A stretch of 57,984 bases of DNA from Clostridia bacterium (lineage in GTDB: Bacteria; Bacillota; Clostridia; Christensenellales; UBA1242), in the NCBI GenBank assembly GCA_017467895.1, contig JAFUKB010000012.1:1-57984 (forward strand). The letters run 5' to 3'. Position numbers and translations under genes: made by a program. This document shows, in pieces, positions 27,839-36,326 of this stretch. The notes beneath the pieces were generated by a model. That model saw only the letters and a list, made by a program, of their open reading frames with translations, was not told the origin of the DNA and ran no database searches. Positions within the stretch are counted from its first letter, which is position 1. Every line of letters starts with the position of its first letter.

Positions 27839-27920
27839 TAACAAACCAAAGTTGATAATTTAAAACAAAATCCACTAACTCACATTTTCATTTTTTAAAA
27901 AATAACACAAAATAAACAAA

Positions 27921-27956
27921 AAAATATCAATTTGTCAGGCAAATTGATATTTTTTA
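27921..27956 (+). terminator. intrinsic terminator (bidirectional hairpin) between the 381-aa gene and helD
   Basis: atatcaattt (27924-27933) / aaattgatat (27941-27950) with flanking A-run and T-run. Confidence 0.7.
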
Positions 27957-28053
27957 ATCTTAATTATGGGTTTTTACCAACCAATTAATCTTTTATTTAT
28001 CTTAATTATTTTGTCAATAAATCAAACAATTAAATGCAAATTTTACACATTTT

Positions 28054-30048
28054 TTATTTCGTTTTCAAAAGACATAATTTATGTAATGCCCTAGTGCAAG
28101 AAACATAAAGCAAATTTTTCTCTAAAACAGAACAATAATTTTCGCCTTGAGCATTGGCAACAATTACCATATCAAACTCTAAGCCCTTTGCCATATATGA
28201 CGGCATTATGCAAACTTTTCCAACCTGACTTTCATAATCCACATTCAAGGTTACGCCATCAAGTTGTCCAAGTTCAACAAATAACTCTCTTGCTTCATTT
28301 TTATCTTTTGTCAAAATTGCCACCGAACCATATTGCGAATTTTGTGCAACCAGTTGTTCAATTTTGCAAGCAACATCTTTTTCCAAAATTTCTTGAACTG
28401 CATCGCCCGCTCTTGCCACACAAGAACATTTAACACACTTTAAATTATTTGCAAACTCAGTTATTTGTTTGGTGCTTCTATATGCTTTATTTAACTCAAC
28501 ATATTCAGCATTTAACATTTCTTTTAGTTTTTTCAAATCATCATAAGTCATTATTTTTTCTATGCACTGATTAATGTCGCCCAATACAGTTTTATTACAA
28601 TCAAAAATTTGATTAAACACTGCATAAGCAACAAACGAGTAATCTTGCATTTCGTCAATAATTAAATATTTAACCTCGCTATGTTTATTTAGCCCCAAAA
28701 AGTAGTTGGCAATATATAACAATGGCGCAAAATCATCATAACGAATTTGCTCAAGACCATTAAAACTAAAACACATGCCAATGTTTGTCAAAAAATCCGC
28801 ATAAATTTTAATAATATTTGTTTGCTCAAAAAATGGATACAACATTAACTTTATTTTTTTGCTAATTTCAACAATCTCTTCGTTAATTTCCAACTTGTCT
28901 AAAATGTAATCAACAAGCCAGTCAACTCTAACCGCCGGAGTTTTGCTTTTATAGGTATTATAATAAAGATTTTCAAGTTCTTTGGCAGTTATAACCTGCT
29001 CGCCAAAACGCATGTCTTTGGGCTTAAAAATAAGGTTAAAATACTCACTGCAAAATTGTTGCAAACTTTCATAAAAATCATATGTGTGTTTATATGCTAC
29101 CTCATTAAGCCTTTTAGAATCTTTCAACAATTCATCAATGTTATCTTCTCGTTTTTCAAAATCAAACCCCAAAAACTTGAGTTCTGTTTGCACCAAGCGA
29201 TAAAAAGACATTTGCGACATGTTTTCCTCGCCAAGTTCAGGAAGCACTCCGGCAATATACTCGCTAAACAATTTGTTTGGCGACAAAATTAATACATCTT
29301 CAGCCTTTAATGTGTTCTTATGTTGATAAAGCAAATATGCCACTCTATGAAGTGCAATGGTTGTCTTACCTGACCCAGCAACACCCTGCACAAGCATATT
29401 TTTATTAGCATTATATCTAATAACCCTGTTTTGCTCTTTTTGAATTGTACTAACAACATTTTTCATTTTTGAAGATGCGTTTTTTGAAAGAACATCTTTT
29501 AAAATTTCATCGCCTATGGTTAATGAACTATCAAACGCCTTAACTAAATTGCCATCTTTAATCTCATATTGCCTTTTTAAAGATATTTTTCCATTAAATT
29601 CGCCATCTGGAGCAACATAAGAAGCATCTCCCAACTCATAATCATAAAAAAGCGAACAAATTGGAGCACGCCAATCACAAACCATCGGCTTTAACTTTCC
29701 ATCACTCACCAAATTATTTACGCCCACATAATAAGGCTCTGCTTTTTTAGTGCCATTTTCTTGCCAATCTATTCTTCCAAAATAAGGAGAATACTCTTGC
29801 CTGTTAAGCCTTGAAATATTATCTTCAGTATATTTTATTATTGTGTCAAACTCGGCAAGTCTAGCGCCCTCGCCAACTGCTTCTTCGTCATCCATATAAT
29901 AAAAATCGTCGGCATATAATTTAGACAAATCACTTTTTTGTTTTTCTAAACTATTTAACTGTTCTGCATAATGCTCTTTTTGATTTTTTATTTCTTTTTT
30001 TACTTTATTCAAATATCTTCTTTCTTTAATTAATTCTTCTTTAAGCAT
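28054..30048 (-). CDS. helD: HelD-type UvrD-like helicase (RNA polymerase recycling ATPase)
   Basis: N-terminal coiled coil, SPYFGRIDW...CDWRAPICSLFYDY block as in Bacillus HelD, Walker A VQGVAGSGKTT, DEMQD box LIIDEMQDYS, C-terminal YVSCTRALHKL. GGAG RBS 8 nt upstream of the ATG. Confidence 0.85.
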   Translation of the reverse strand: MLKEELIKERRYLNKVKKEIKNQKEHYAEQLNSLEKQKSDLSKLYADDFYYMDDEEAVGEGARLAEFDTIIKYTEDNISRLNRQEYSPYFGRIDWQENGTKKAEPYYVGVNNLVSDGKLKPMVCDWRAPICSLFYDYELGDASYVAPDGEFNGKISLKRQYEIKDGNLVKAFDSSLTIGDEILKDVLSKNASSKMKNVVSTIQKEQNRVIRYNANKNMLVQGVAGSGKTTIALHRVAYLLYQHKNTLKAEDVLILSPNKLFSEYIAGVLPELGEENMSQMSFYRLVQTELKFLGFDFEKREDNIDELLKDSKRLNEVAYKHTYDFYESLQQFCSEYFNLIFKPKDMRFGEQVITAKELENLYYNTYKSKTPAVRVDWLVDYILDKLEINEEIVEISKKIKLMLYPFFEQTNIIKIYADFLTNIGMCFSFNGLEQIRYDDFAPLLYIANYFLGLNKHSEVKYLIIDEMQDYSFVAYAVFNQIFDCNKTVLGDINQCIEKIMTYDDLKKLKEMLNAEYVELNKAYRSTKQITEFANNLKCVKCSCVARAGDAVQEILEKDVACKIEQLVAQNSQYGSVAILTKDKNEARELFVELGQLDGVTLNVDYESQVGKVCIMPSYMAKGLEFDMVIVANAQGENYCSVLEKNLLYVSCTRALHKLCLLKTK

Positions 30049-30100
30049 TCATCAAACTCCCATAAATGTAACAAAAGTCACAAATAATATTTAAAATTGC

Positions 30101-30141
30101 CACAAAAAACGCAAAAAGTCACTTAAAAAGCGACTTTTTTG
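30101..30141 (-). terminator. intrinsic terminator after the lipoprotein gene
   Basis: 7-bp stem aaaagtc/gactttt with an 11-nt loop and a T-rich tail on the minus strand. Confidence 0.5.
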
Positions 30142-30143
30142 TT

Positions 30144-31154
30144 TTATTCACTCAAACCATATGGCGAGCAAATTATTCTTGAAGCAACCGTATCATCTCG
30201 CAGGTCATACTCAAAAGCATAGCCAATATCGTCGCTTGAGTTAACCTTTGCCAATTTATCTTCTGGCATGGTTTCCATGCTTATCATTCCAGCCTCGTCT
30301 TTCACAGCCCCAACTTTTAATCGCTTATAAAAGTCTGTTTCCATTTGCTCATAAACAATAACCGATTTATTACCTGTGTTGTTTTTTGTTATAACTCTTA
30401 TGCCAACCGTACCATTAGAATATAAATATATGGATTTATTAAATTCTACTTCTGCCTTATTTGTGCCCAAATAAGTTTTAACAGTATAGTTTAAACTGCC
30501 CTTTTCGGCACTATATGTTGCGCTTGCCGAACAATTTGTTGCATATTTTAAACTAAAAGTGTTTGTTTGAACATTATGCCCAGTTTGAACGAAAGTGTAA
30601 GTATAATGAGCGTTTTGTGCATTTGCTTGAAGTTCAGCAACTTCATAATTTAAAAGAGTGTCCATATAAAACAAGTATGCAGTAATTTCAAGACTAGAAG
30701 TTTTATCCGCACGCTCAAGCAAAATAACAGCCTTTGTGTTTTGATAATTTTCAGCCATTTCGTGAGTTGATGCAAGCAAATCAAGTTCAGCCCTTAAAAC
30801 ATTTTTATATTCAAACGGTTTAACTTTTGATTTTTGCTGGTCAGCACTGCTCATAGAATTAATTTCACACAAATAACTAAGCACAGATATTAAGCACCTT
30901 TCTTGAGGTAACAACTCATACAAATTTTTTGTGTAAGCAGAATATGCAACTCTGTCGGTTTGTGAATTTATTACCGAAGAATCTCCGCCAACATGTGCAA
31001 AGGTTTCTAACCCAACAACATTGCAGTTATTAAAAAACGACGCAGCCGACATTGAAGTTGGTGCGGTTTTTAAATAGCCACCAGAGCCTGCGCAACCAGC
31101 AAACACCATAACAGCCGACAAAAAAAGCAACAGGCAAATATTTATCTTTTTCAT
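30144..31154 (-). CDS. lipoprotein, unknown function (336 aa)
   Basis: Signal plus lipobox MKKINICLLLFLSAVMVFAGC. AGAGG RBS. Confidence 0.8.
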   Translation of the reverse strand: MKKINICLLLFLSAVMVFAGCAGSGGYLKTAPTSMSAASFFNNCNVVGLETFAHVGGDSSVINSQTDRVAYSAYTKNLYELLPQERCLISVLSYLCEINSMSSADQQKSKVKPFEYKNVLRAELDLLASTHEMAENYQNTKAVILLERADKTSSLEITAYLFYMDTLLNYEVAELQANAQNAHYTYTFVQTGHNVQTNTFSLKYATNCSASATYSAEKGSLNYTVKTYLGTNKAEVEFNKSIYLYSNGTVGIRVITKNNTGNKSVIVYEQMETDFYKRLKVGAVKDEAGMISMETMPEDKLAKVNSSDDIGYAFEYDLRDDTVASRIICSPYGLSE

Positions 31155-31220
31155 AATTTAACCTCTTGCTTTTATTTTAACTTATTTTTTTAGTTTTAAC
31201 AACCATTTAACGCAACATGA

Positions 31221-31733
31221 TTATTTCTTTTTGCTCTTTTTTACGCGTTCTTTTAAAATACGCTTCAAAGATTCAGCCGAACCCTCGGCATATCTTGCCG
31301 TTTTTGAAACAATTAATGTTTGTTTATTGTTTAAATATAAAAAGAAATTATTTTTATTTTCTTTAAATTTTGTAATATCTTGATAGTTTAAATTCATTAA
31401 ACCTTGTTTTTTGCCCTTTACATAAACTGTAACCGAGAAAAATCTTGGGTCAAAGCGATATTCATATTCAATTTTTTTGCTACCAAAGTTATTTTGCTTA
31501 ATTGCACTGTTGCGAACAATAAAATACATAGCAATCAACAATACATCAAATAATCCACCAACAACCGTTAGCACAATGCCCAGCCATTTAATTAAGTTTA
31601 AACATATAAGCACAATGCCTGCAGCCAAAACAACGGTGCCTATTGCAAATCTAATTGCCATTGGCTTAATTATTTGAGAATTAACATTGCCGTTTATGTC
31701 TTTTTCAGTAATCTCATTTTTTACTCTAATCAT
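31221..31733 (-). CDS. YcxB-like small membrane protein (two TM helices plus C-terminal soluble domain)
   Basis: Start moved to the ATG at 31733 (MIRVKNEI...), preceded by AGGAGA. The track's upstream 'MWYN' codons are the promoter TGGTACAAT. The family call is a weak visual match. Confidence 0.6.
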   Translation of the reverse strand: MIRVKNEITEKDINGNVNSQIIKPMAIRFAIGTVVLAAGIVLICLNLIKWLGIVLTVVGGLFDVLLIAMYFIVRNSAIKQNNFGSKKIEYEYRFDPRFFSVTVYVKGKKQGLMNLNYQDITKFKENKNNFFLYLNNKQTLIVSKTARYAEGSAESLKRILKERVKKSKKK

Positions 31734-31766
31734 GAACAAATCTCCTAATAAAATTTTTACCAAGAG

Positions 31767-31775
31767 ATTGTACCA
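31767..31775 (-). promoter_or_regulatory. extended -10 element TGGTACAAT of the ycxB-like gene
   Basis: The minus strand reads ATGTGGTACAATCTCTTGG...AGGAGATTTGTTCATG. Confidence 0.55.
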
Positions 31776-31846
31776 CATGAGAAATTTATTTGCAAAGATT
31801 TTTTAACATTATTCAAATTTCGTCAACAAAACCAATTAGCCATCTT

Positions 31847-32824
31847 TCATTTCTTGCCTTTTAGGCGCTCTAATCCTTGCACAATCTGCACCGCATTTAG
31901 TGCCGCACCCTTCCTTATATTGTCAAAGCAAATAAACATATTAATTGCCCTTTTGTTAGAGATGTCTTTCCTTATTCTTCCAACAAACACTTCATCTTTT
32001 CCATTTGCCTCACTTGGCATTGGATAAATGTTATTTTTTAAGTTGTCGCACATACACACGCCCTGCGCCCCACTTAAAATCTTTCGCAAATCTCGAATGT
32101 TTGGCTCATTTTCAAACTCTATGTTTATGCTTTCGCTATGGCAATTCAAAATGGGAACTCTTACACAAGTTGCACAAACTTTTAAAAATCTATTTTGCAG
32201 TATCTTTTTTAGTTCAAAACTCATCTTATCTTCCTCAAATGTATATCCATTTGCAAGCAGAGAGTCTATTTGAGGAATTAAATTGTTTGCAATTTGATAA
32301 GCAAACTTTTTATTTGTTCCATTTTGCAAATCCTCAATCCCCTTTTGCCCGGCACCACTCACTGCCTGATAAGTTGAAACAACAACCCTCTTAATTGAAT
32401 GTTGCTTGCTTAAATAATAAAGAGGTAAACTCACACCAATAGTTGAACAGTTGGGGTTTGCAATAAGTTTTGCCCCAACAGCCAACTGCAAATTAATTTC
32501 TGGCACAATCAACGGGACATTTTTGCTTCGCCTAAATGCACTAGAATTATCTATCACAACCGCACCCTTGTTTATGAATGTTTGTGCATATTCCAGAGCC
32601 ACATTTTTGCCAGCGCAAAAAAATACATAGTCGAATTTTTTAATCGTCCTCTTGTTTAATTCCAAAATCTCAAACTCATGTTTTTCAAACAAAACAAGCA
32701 TGCCCGCACTGCTTTTTGACGCATAAAGAGTTAAATCATCTTTTTCAACAACATTGTTATCTAATAATATTTTAACCACCTCACGACCAACCAGCCCAGT
32801 TGCTCCAACAACAGCAATCTTCAA
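31847..32824 (-). CDS. asd: aspartate-semialdehyde dehydrogenase
   Basis: KIAVVGATGLVGRE Rossmann motif and active-site IANPNCSTI. Probable TTG start at 32824, 5 nt after GGGAGGAG (the track start at 32839 lies inside the RBS). Confidence 0.9.
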   Translation of the reverse strand: MKIAVVGATGLVGREVVKILLDNNVVEKDDLTLYASKSSAGMLVLFEKHEFEILELNKRTIKKFDYVFFCAGKNVALEYAQTFINKGAVVIDNSSAFRRSKNVPLIVPEINLQLAVGAKLIANPNCSTIGVSLPLYYLSKQHSIKRVVVSTYQAVSGAGQKGIEDLQNGTNKKFAYQIANNLIPQIDSLLANGYTFEEDKMSFELKKILQNRFLKVCATCVRVPILNCHSESINIEFENEPNIRDLRKILSGAQGVCMCDNLKNNIYPMPSEANGKDEVFVGRIRKDISNKRAINMFICFDNIRKGAALNAVQIVQGLERLKGKK

Positions 32825-32910
32825 ATTTACTCCTCCCAATTACAAAAGAATTTTTAAATTATTTAACAATTTATACATATGCAAAAATATTTTTTTTGTT
32901 TAAAACATAA

Positions 32911-32950
32911 GAAAACACTCATTGCATTCGTATTGTTCTTGCATTCTTAA
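32911..32950 (+). repeat. 40-nt dispersed intergenic repeat, copy A1
   Basis: GAAAACACTCATTGCATTCGTATTGTTCTTGCATTCTTAA. Confidence 0.85.
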
Positions 32951-32951
32951 A

Positions 32952-32982
32952 GAAAACACTCATTGCATTCGTATTGTTCTTG
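32952..32982 (+). repeat. dispersed intergenic repeat, copy A2 (tandem, 3' end diverged)
   Basis: GAAAACACTCATTGCATTCGTATTGTTCTTG, identical to A1 over 31 nt and followed directly by a terminator hairpin. Confidence 0.85.
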
Positions 32983-32989
32983 AATCTAT

Positions 32990-33020
32990 AAAAAAAACTC
33001 GAAAGATTCGAGTTTTTTTA
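32990..33020 (-). terminator. intrinsic terminator of the SGNH/repeat surface protein gene (bidirectional)
   Basis: ctcgaa aga ttcgag flanked by A7 and T7 runs. Confidence 0.75.
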
Positions 33021-33065
33021 ATTATTAATGCAAAATTACACCAATTTTAATATTTTGTTTAAATT

Positions 33066-35810
33066 TTAAACTGACGCTTTATTTCTACGATAACTAACAA
33101 CAGTGCCAATAACAATTATAGCAATAACCAAAACAGTTAAAATAATTGCAACCAAAGTTGTAGTATCAATATGATTATCAACCGAAACATTTACGATATT
33201 TGAGGTTATGCAAACGGTATCACTTGGGTTTGACAAATATTTAACACAAATTTTACAATCGGAAGCAAAAGTATATTCAAGCACAAAGCCCCTACCTATT
33301 TCTTCACTAAAATCGTCGCTATATAAACCATCGGTTTTAAACCAAACAAATTTACTTTCGTCATAATACATTTTATTGTCAACTTCCAAAACATAAGTCT
33401 TTTTGTCAACAACCTTATCTAAATTAATAAGCAAGTCCGTTGGAACGCTGTAGTTTAATTGAATGGTTTTTCCATTTACCACTCCGCCATCAACAATACA
33501 AGATATTGTATAAGTTCCAACACCAAATTGCTCTGGAACAAATTCCCATGGTGCACCAGTGCTAGATACCACAGTTTGAGGTTCGCAAACAGGAGCGCCA
33601 TTAACTTGCCAAATAACAACACTGCCAACCCTTGCATCAATTATCCAGTCAATATTTTTAGAAATTGGTGAAAAGTTTTGAGTTAACGAATCCTCGTTGT
33701 TGCAAGTTAATGTAACCCACTTAACATAAAGTCTTAAGCCATCTTGAAGAACATAATCATCTTCAAACTCATTTTCAAATGCAGGGTCTTTAAACCAACC
33801 ATAGAACACTGTTCCTTCACGGGTTGGAATTGTAAGTTCACCAACAGTTGAATCTTTTGCAACCTTCCATGTTGGGGTTGAGTCACCTCTAACAATAATC
33901 ACATTTATTCCATAAGCCCAAAAAGCATATAGGGTCATGTCTGATGATATAACAGTATTTTCAAAATCAAACGCAACGCTTGAGTCTATTTCGTACCAAT
34001 ATTTAAACACATAGCCAGTATATTTTATATCTGCGCCTGATGGAGCAAGCATTTTGTCGCCTTTTGCAACCTTTACAACTTGGCTAGTAGCACCAGCAAT
34101 GTTGCCACCGTTATAGTTTAATGTTACATACCAAACAGTGCGTTCCCATTTTGCGTAAAGAATTGTGTCTGCGGTTATTGTGTCGGTTTCAAAGTTCCAT
34201 TCATTTGTCAATTCAACATCTTTAAACCAACCAACAAGTGCATGGTCTAAATATACAGGCATATTTTCGCCAGCTGGCTTGGTTAATAATTGATTTTTAT
34301 CTACAACAATAGTTTTAGAATGTTCGTCGTTTAATGTGCCATTGCCATAGTCAAATGTTACATCAAACGCGGTTTGTTCCCACTTTGCATAAAGCGTTAT
34401 ATCTTTTGTGATTGGTGTTGAGAAATCAAAAGGAGTGTTGCTAGAAAGGTCTTCAAACCAACCAACAAAAGCATGTTTTTCAAGGGTTGGTTCGTCTTGA
34501 CCAACCAAGGCATCAGCCGTGCACCCCTCCATTACCTCTTGCTTTGCAAAACTAAGGTCATGTGCACTGCCACCATTAAAATTAAATATAACATTAAAAG
34601 TGATTGCCTTCCATTTTGCATATAATTTTAAGTTGGTTGTTACATCTTGTGCAAAATCATAAGCAGTTTCATTTTGCAAATCTGTAAACCAGCCATCAAA
34701 GGTATAATGTTCAATAGAAGGGTTTGTTGCAGGTGCTGAGATTGTTTTATTTTTAAGCACAACACTTTTATCATCAGTTTTGTTTGAAACGGTTGCACCG
34801 TTATAATCAAATGTTACAAAAGCAAGGTTTTGAGCGAACTCGTCTTGCAACTCTCTTGCCAAGATTTGATGACCAAGTGCCGTTGGGTGTGGATCCAAAT
34901 ATTCAAATATTTTTGCACTAATTTGTGCCGAAGAGGCCGCCTCAACCGTAATGCTCGGTTGTTTTGTTAAATTGGCGTTTGCAACATCAATATATTCTCC
35001 AGCATATGAGTCAAACGCTGTTTTTGAATCAGCCAAATAACAATTTGTTGCTGTTGCAATTTTCTCTGCCATTATTTGATTCATGCCTTTAATGCCAAGA
35101 CTTGAGTTGCCAGCAATATAATCTTCGGTCATTTGACCAAACTCATTCATTGTTGCACCAGTTAGAGTTGTTGTAATAATAGGAATATTAGACATTGTTG
35201 CAGTTAATTTTATTTCTTGAGAAGCGGGAGCATCTAACAATGACTTATATGGGTTAAACACATTAGTAAAAACAATTTTTGCATTTGGATTAATTGCTGA
35301 AAATTCTGCCAAAATGTCAGCAAACACGGTTTCAAAATTTGTAAGGGCGGTTGCCATTGATGATTTTAGTGCGTCATAATTACCCTCTACAAAGCAAGAA
35401 ACTATGTGAGTTTTTGCAGGGCCAAGGAGGTCATTTCCTCCAATGCTTACTGTAACAACATCTGCGTTTTGAATGCTTGCACGAGCCGACTGATTAGATT
35501 GCAAAATTGAAAGCAAGTTAGAAGCCGTGTGCCCATCAACAGCATAAGATGTTGCATTAACATGTGTAACCACATTTGCTATGTAAGTTTTAAACAATGT
35601 TTCATAACTGCCATCAATAAAATCAGCATCGGCACTATAACCATCTAGCCCATAGCCAGTAGCAATGCTGTCACCAAAAGAAACATAATTTATGTAATCT
35701 GCCGAACTTTCGGCATAAACAACTTTAGGTGTATTTTTAACACACCCACATATAACCAAGGCAAACGCAAGCGCGATGCCCAATAACTTTTTAAAAAATT
35801 TCGCTCTCAT
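33066..35810 (-). CDS. surface-anchored SGNH/GDSL hydrolase fused to Listeria-Bacteroides repeats, a C-terminal Ig-like region and a TM anchor (914 aa)
   Basis: Start moved to the ATG at 35810 (MRAKFFKKLLGIALAFALVICGC, signal/lipobox-like). GDS block YVSFGDSIATGYG, GxND block SIGGNDL, DxxH block DPHPTALGH. At least five repeats of type F.GWF.D.....FDF......L.LYAKW. C-terminal TM helix LVAIILTVLVIAIIVIGTVV followed by SYRRNKASV. Confidence 0.85.
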   Translation of the reverse strand: MRAKFFKKLLGIALAFALVICGCVKNTPKVVYAESSADYINYVSFGDSIATGYGLDGYSADADFIDGSYETLFKTYIANVVTHVNATSYAVDGHTASNLLSILQSNQSARASIQNADVVTVSIGGNDLLGPAKTHIVSCFVEGNYDALKSSMATALTNFETVFADILAEFSAINPNAKIVFTNVFNPYKSLLDAPASQEIKLTATMSNIPIITTTLTGATMNEFGQMTEDYIAGNSSLGIKGMNQIMAEKIATATNCYLADSKTAFDSYAGEYIDVANANLTKQPSITVEAASSAQISAKIFEYLDPHPTALGHQILARELQDEFAQNLAFVTFDYNGATVSNKTDDKSVVLKNKTISAPATNPSIEHYTFDGWFTDLQNETAYDFAQDVTTNLKLYAKWKAITFNVIFNFNGGSAHDLSFAKQEVMEGCTADALVGQDEPTLEKHAFVGWFEDLSSNTPFDFSTPITKDITLYAKWEQTAFDVTFDYGNGTLNDEHSKTIVVDKNQLLTKPAGENMPVYLDHALVGWFKDVELTNEWNFETDTITADTILYAKWERTVWYVTLNYNGGNIAGATSQVVKVAKGDKMLAPSGADIKYTGYVFKYWYEIDSSVAFDFENTVISSDMTLYAFWAYGINVIIVRGDSTPTWKVAKDSTVGELTIPTREGTVFYGWFKDPAFENEFEDDYVLQDGLRLYVKWVTLTCNNEDSLTQNFSPISKNIDWIIDARVGSVVIWQVNGAPVCEPQTVVSSTGAPWEFVPEQFGVGTYTISCIVDGGVVNGKTIQLNYSVPTDLLINLDKVVDKKTYVLEVDNKMYYDESKFVWFKTDGLYSDDFSEEIGRGFVLEYTFASDCKICVKYLSNPSDTVCITSNIVNVSVDNHIDTTTLVAIILTVLVIAIIVIGTVVSYRRNKASV

Positions 35811-35987
35811 ACACAATAAGTTTACCACAACAAAAACTAAATTACCATAATTTTTTAGCATTTTTTAGATTTATTTTTTTAATTAACAAAATAAAGGCTA
35901 CTTTTTTTGCAAAAAGTAACCCCTGCTACTAAAATTTGAATATAAAAAGATTAATTTTCAATAAAATTGAAAACCGTCGTTTAATCA

Positions 35988-36016
35988 TTGACAAATTTTT
36001 TTTGCAAATATATAAT
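35988..36016 (+). promoter_or_regulatory. sigma-A type promoter of the ileS leader
   Basis: TTGACA (35988-35993), 17-nt spacer, TATAAT (36011-36016). Confidence 0.75.
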
Positions 36017-36022
36017 AACCAA

Positions 36023-36310
36023 GTCAAAACTTAATACAAATGCGTTATTAGTTGGGACACGCTTTAATTGTTATGGGGTAGCACTAAATTAAAAAGAGAT
36101 GCCATGGTTGGTGCAAATGGCAGGTGCAAACATTAAGGTATCACCCAGCGATGCAGGTGGCTGAACGGTTTTCTCTATTAAGCCCACCCGGGTATTCCCG
36201 TTATAGAAGAATTGTATCACAACTGCTTTTGTTGCGGTTAGTACAAAATGTTGTAAATGGTAAACTTATGCCCCGTAGGCTGTTTTTTACAACAGGCTAC
36301 GGGCTTTTTG
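36023..36310 (+). promoter_or_regulatory. T-box leader (Ile specifier) with terminator
   Basis: Elements occur in the order expected for Stem I: AGAGA (36095-36099), distal loop GGTGCAA (36110-36116) on stem tgccat/atggca, then ATC followed by A (36140-36143). A degenerate T-box aaaTGGTAaac at about 36256-36266 overlaps the 5' side of terminator 36270-36304, which is followed by TTTTT. Confidence 0.7.
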
Positions 36311-36326
36311 TTTAAAAGGAGTTTTC

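Noticed and set aside
31741-31769. AATCTCTT...AGGAGATT pairing that would sequester the SD of the ycxB-like gene in an RNA hairpin.
   Set aside because: The upstream arm overlaps the -10 hexamer, so it should lie upstream of the transcription start and not be in the mRNA. It is treated only as a DNA-level inverted repeat.
36124-36315. 63-aa ORF upstream of ileS.
   Set aside because: It lies entirely within the T-box leader and terminator, and no RBS is present.
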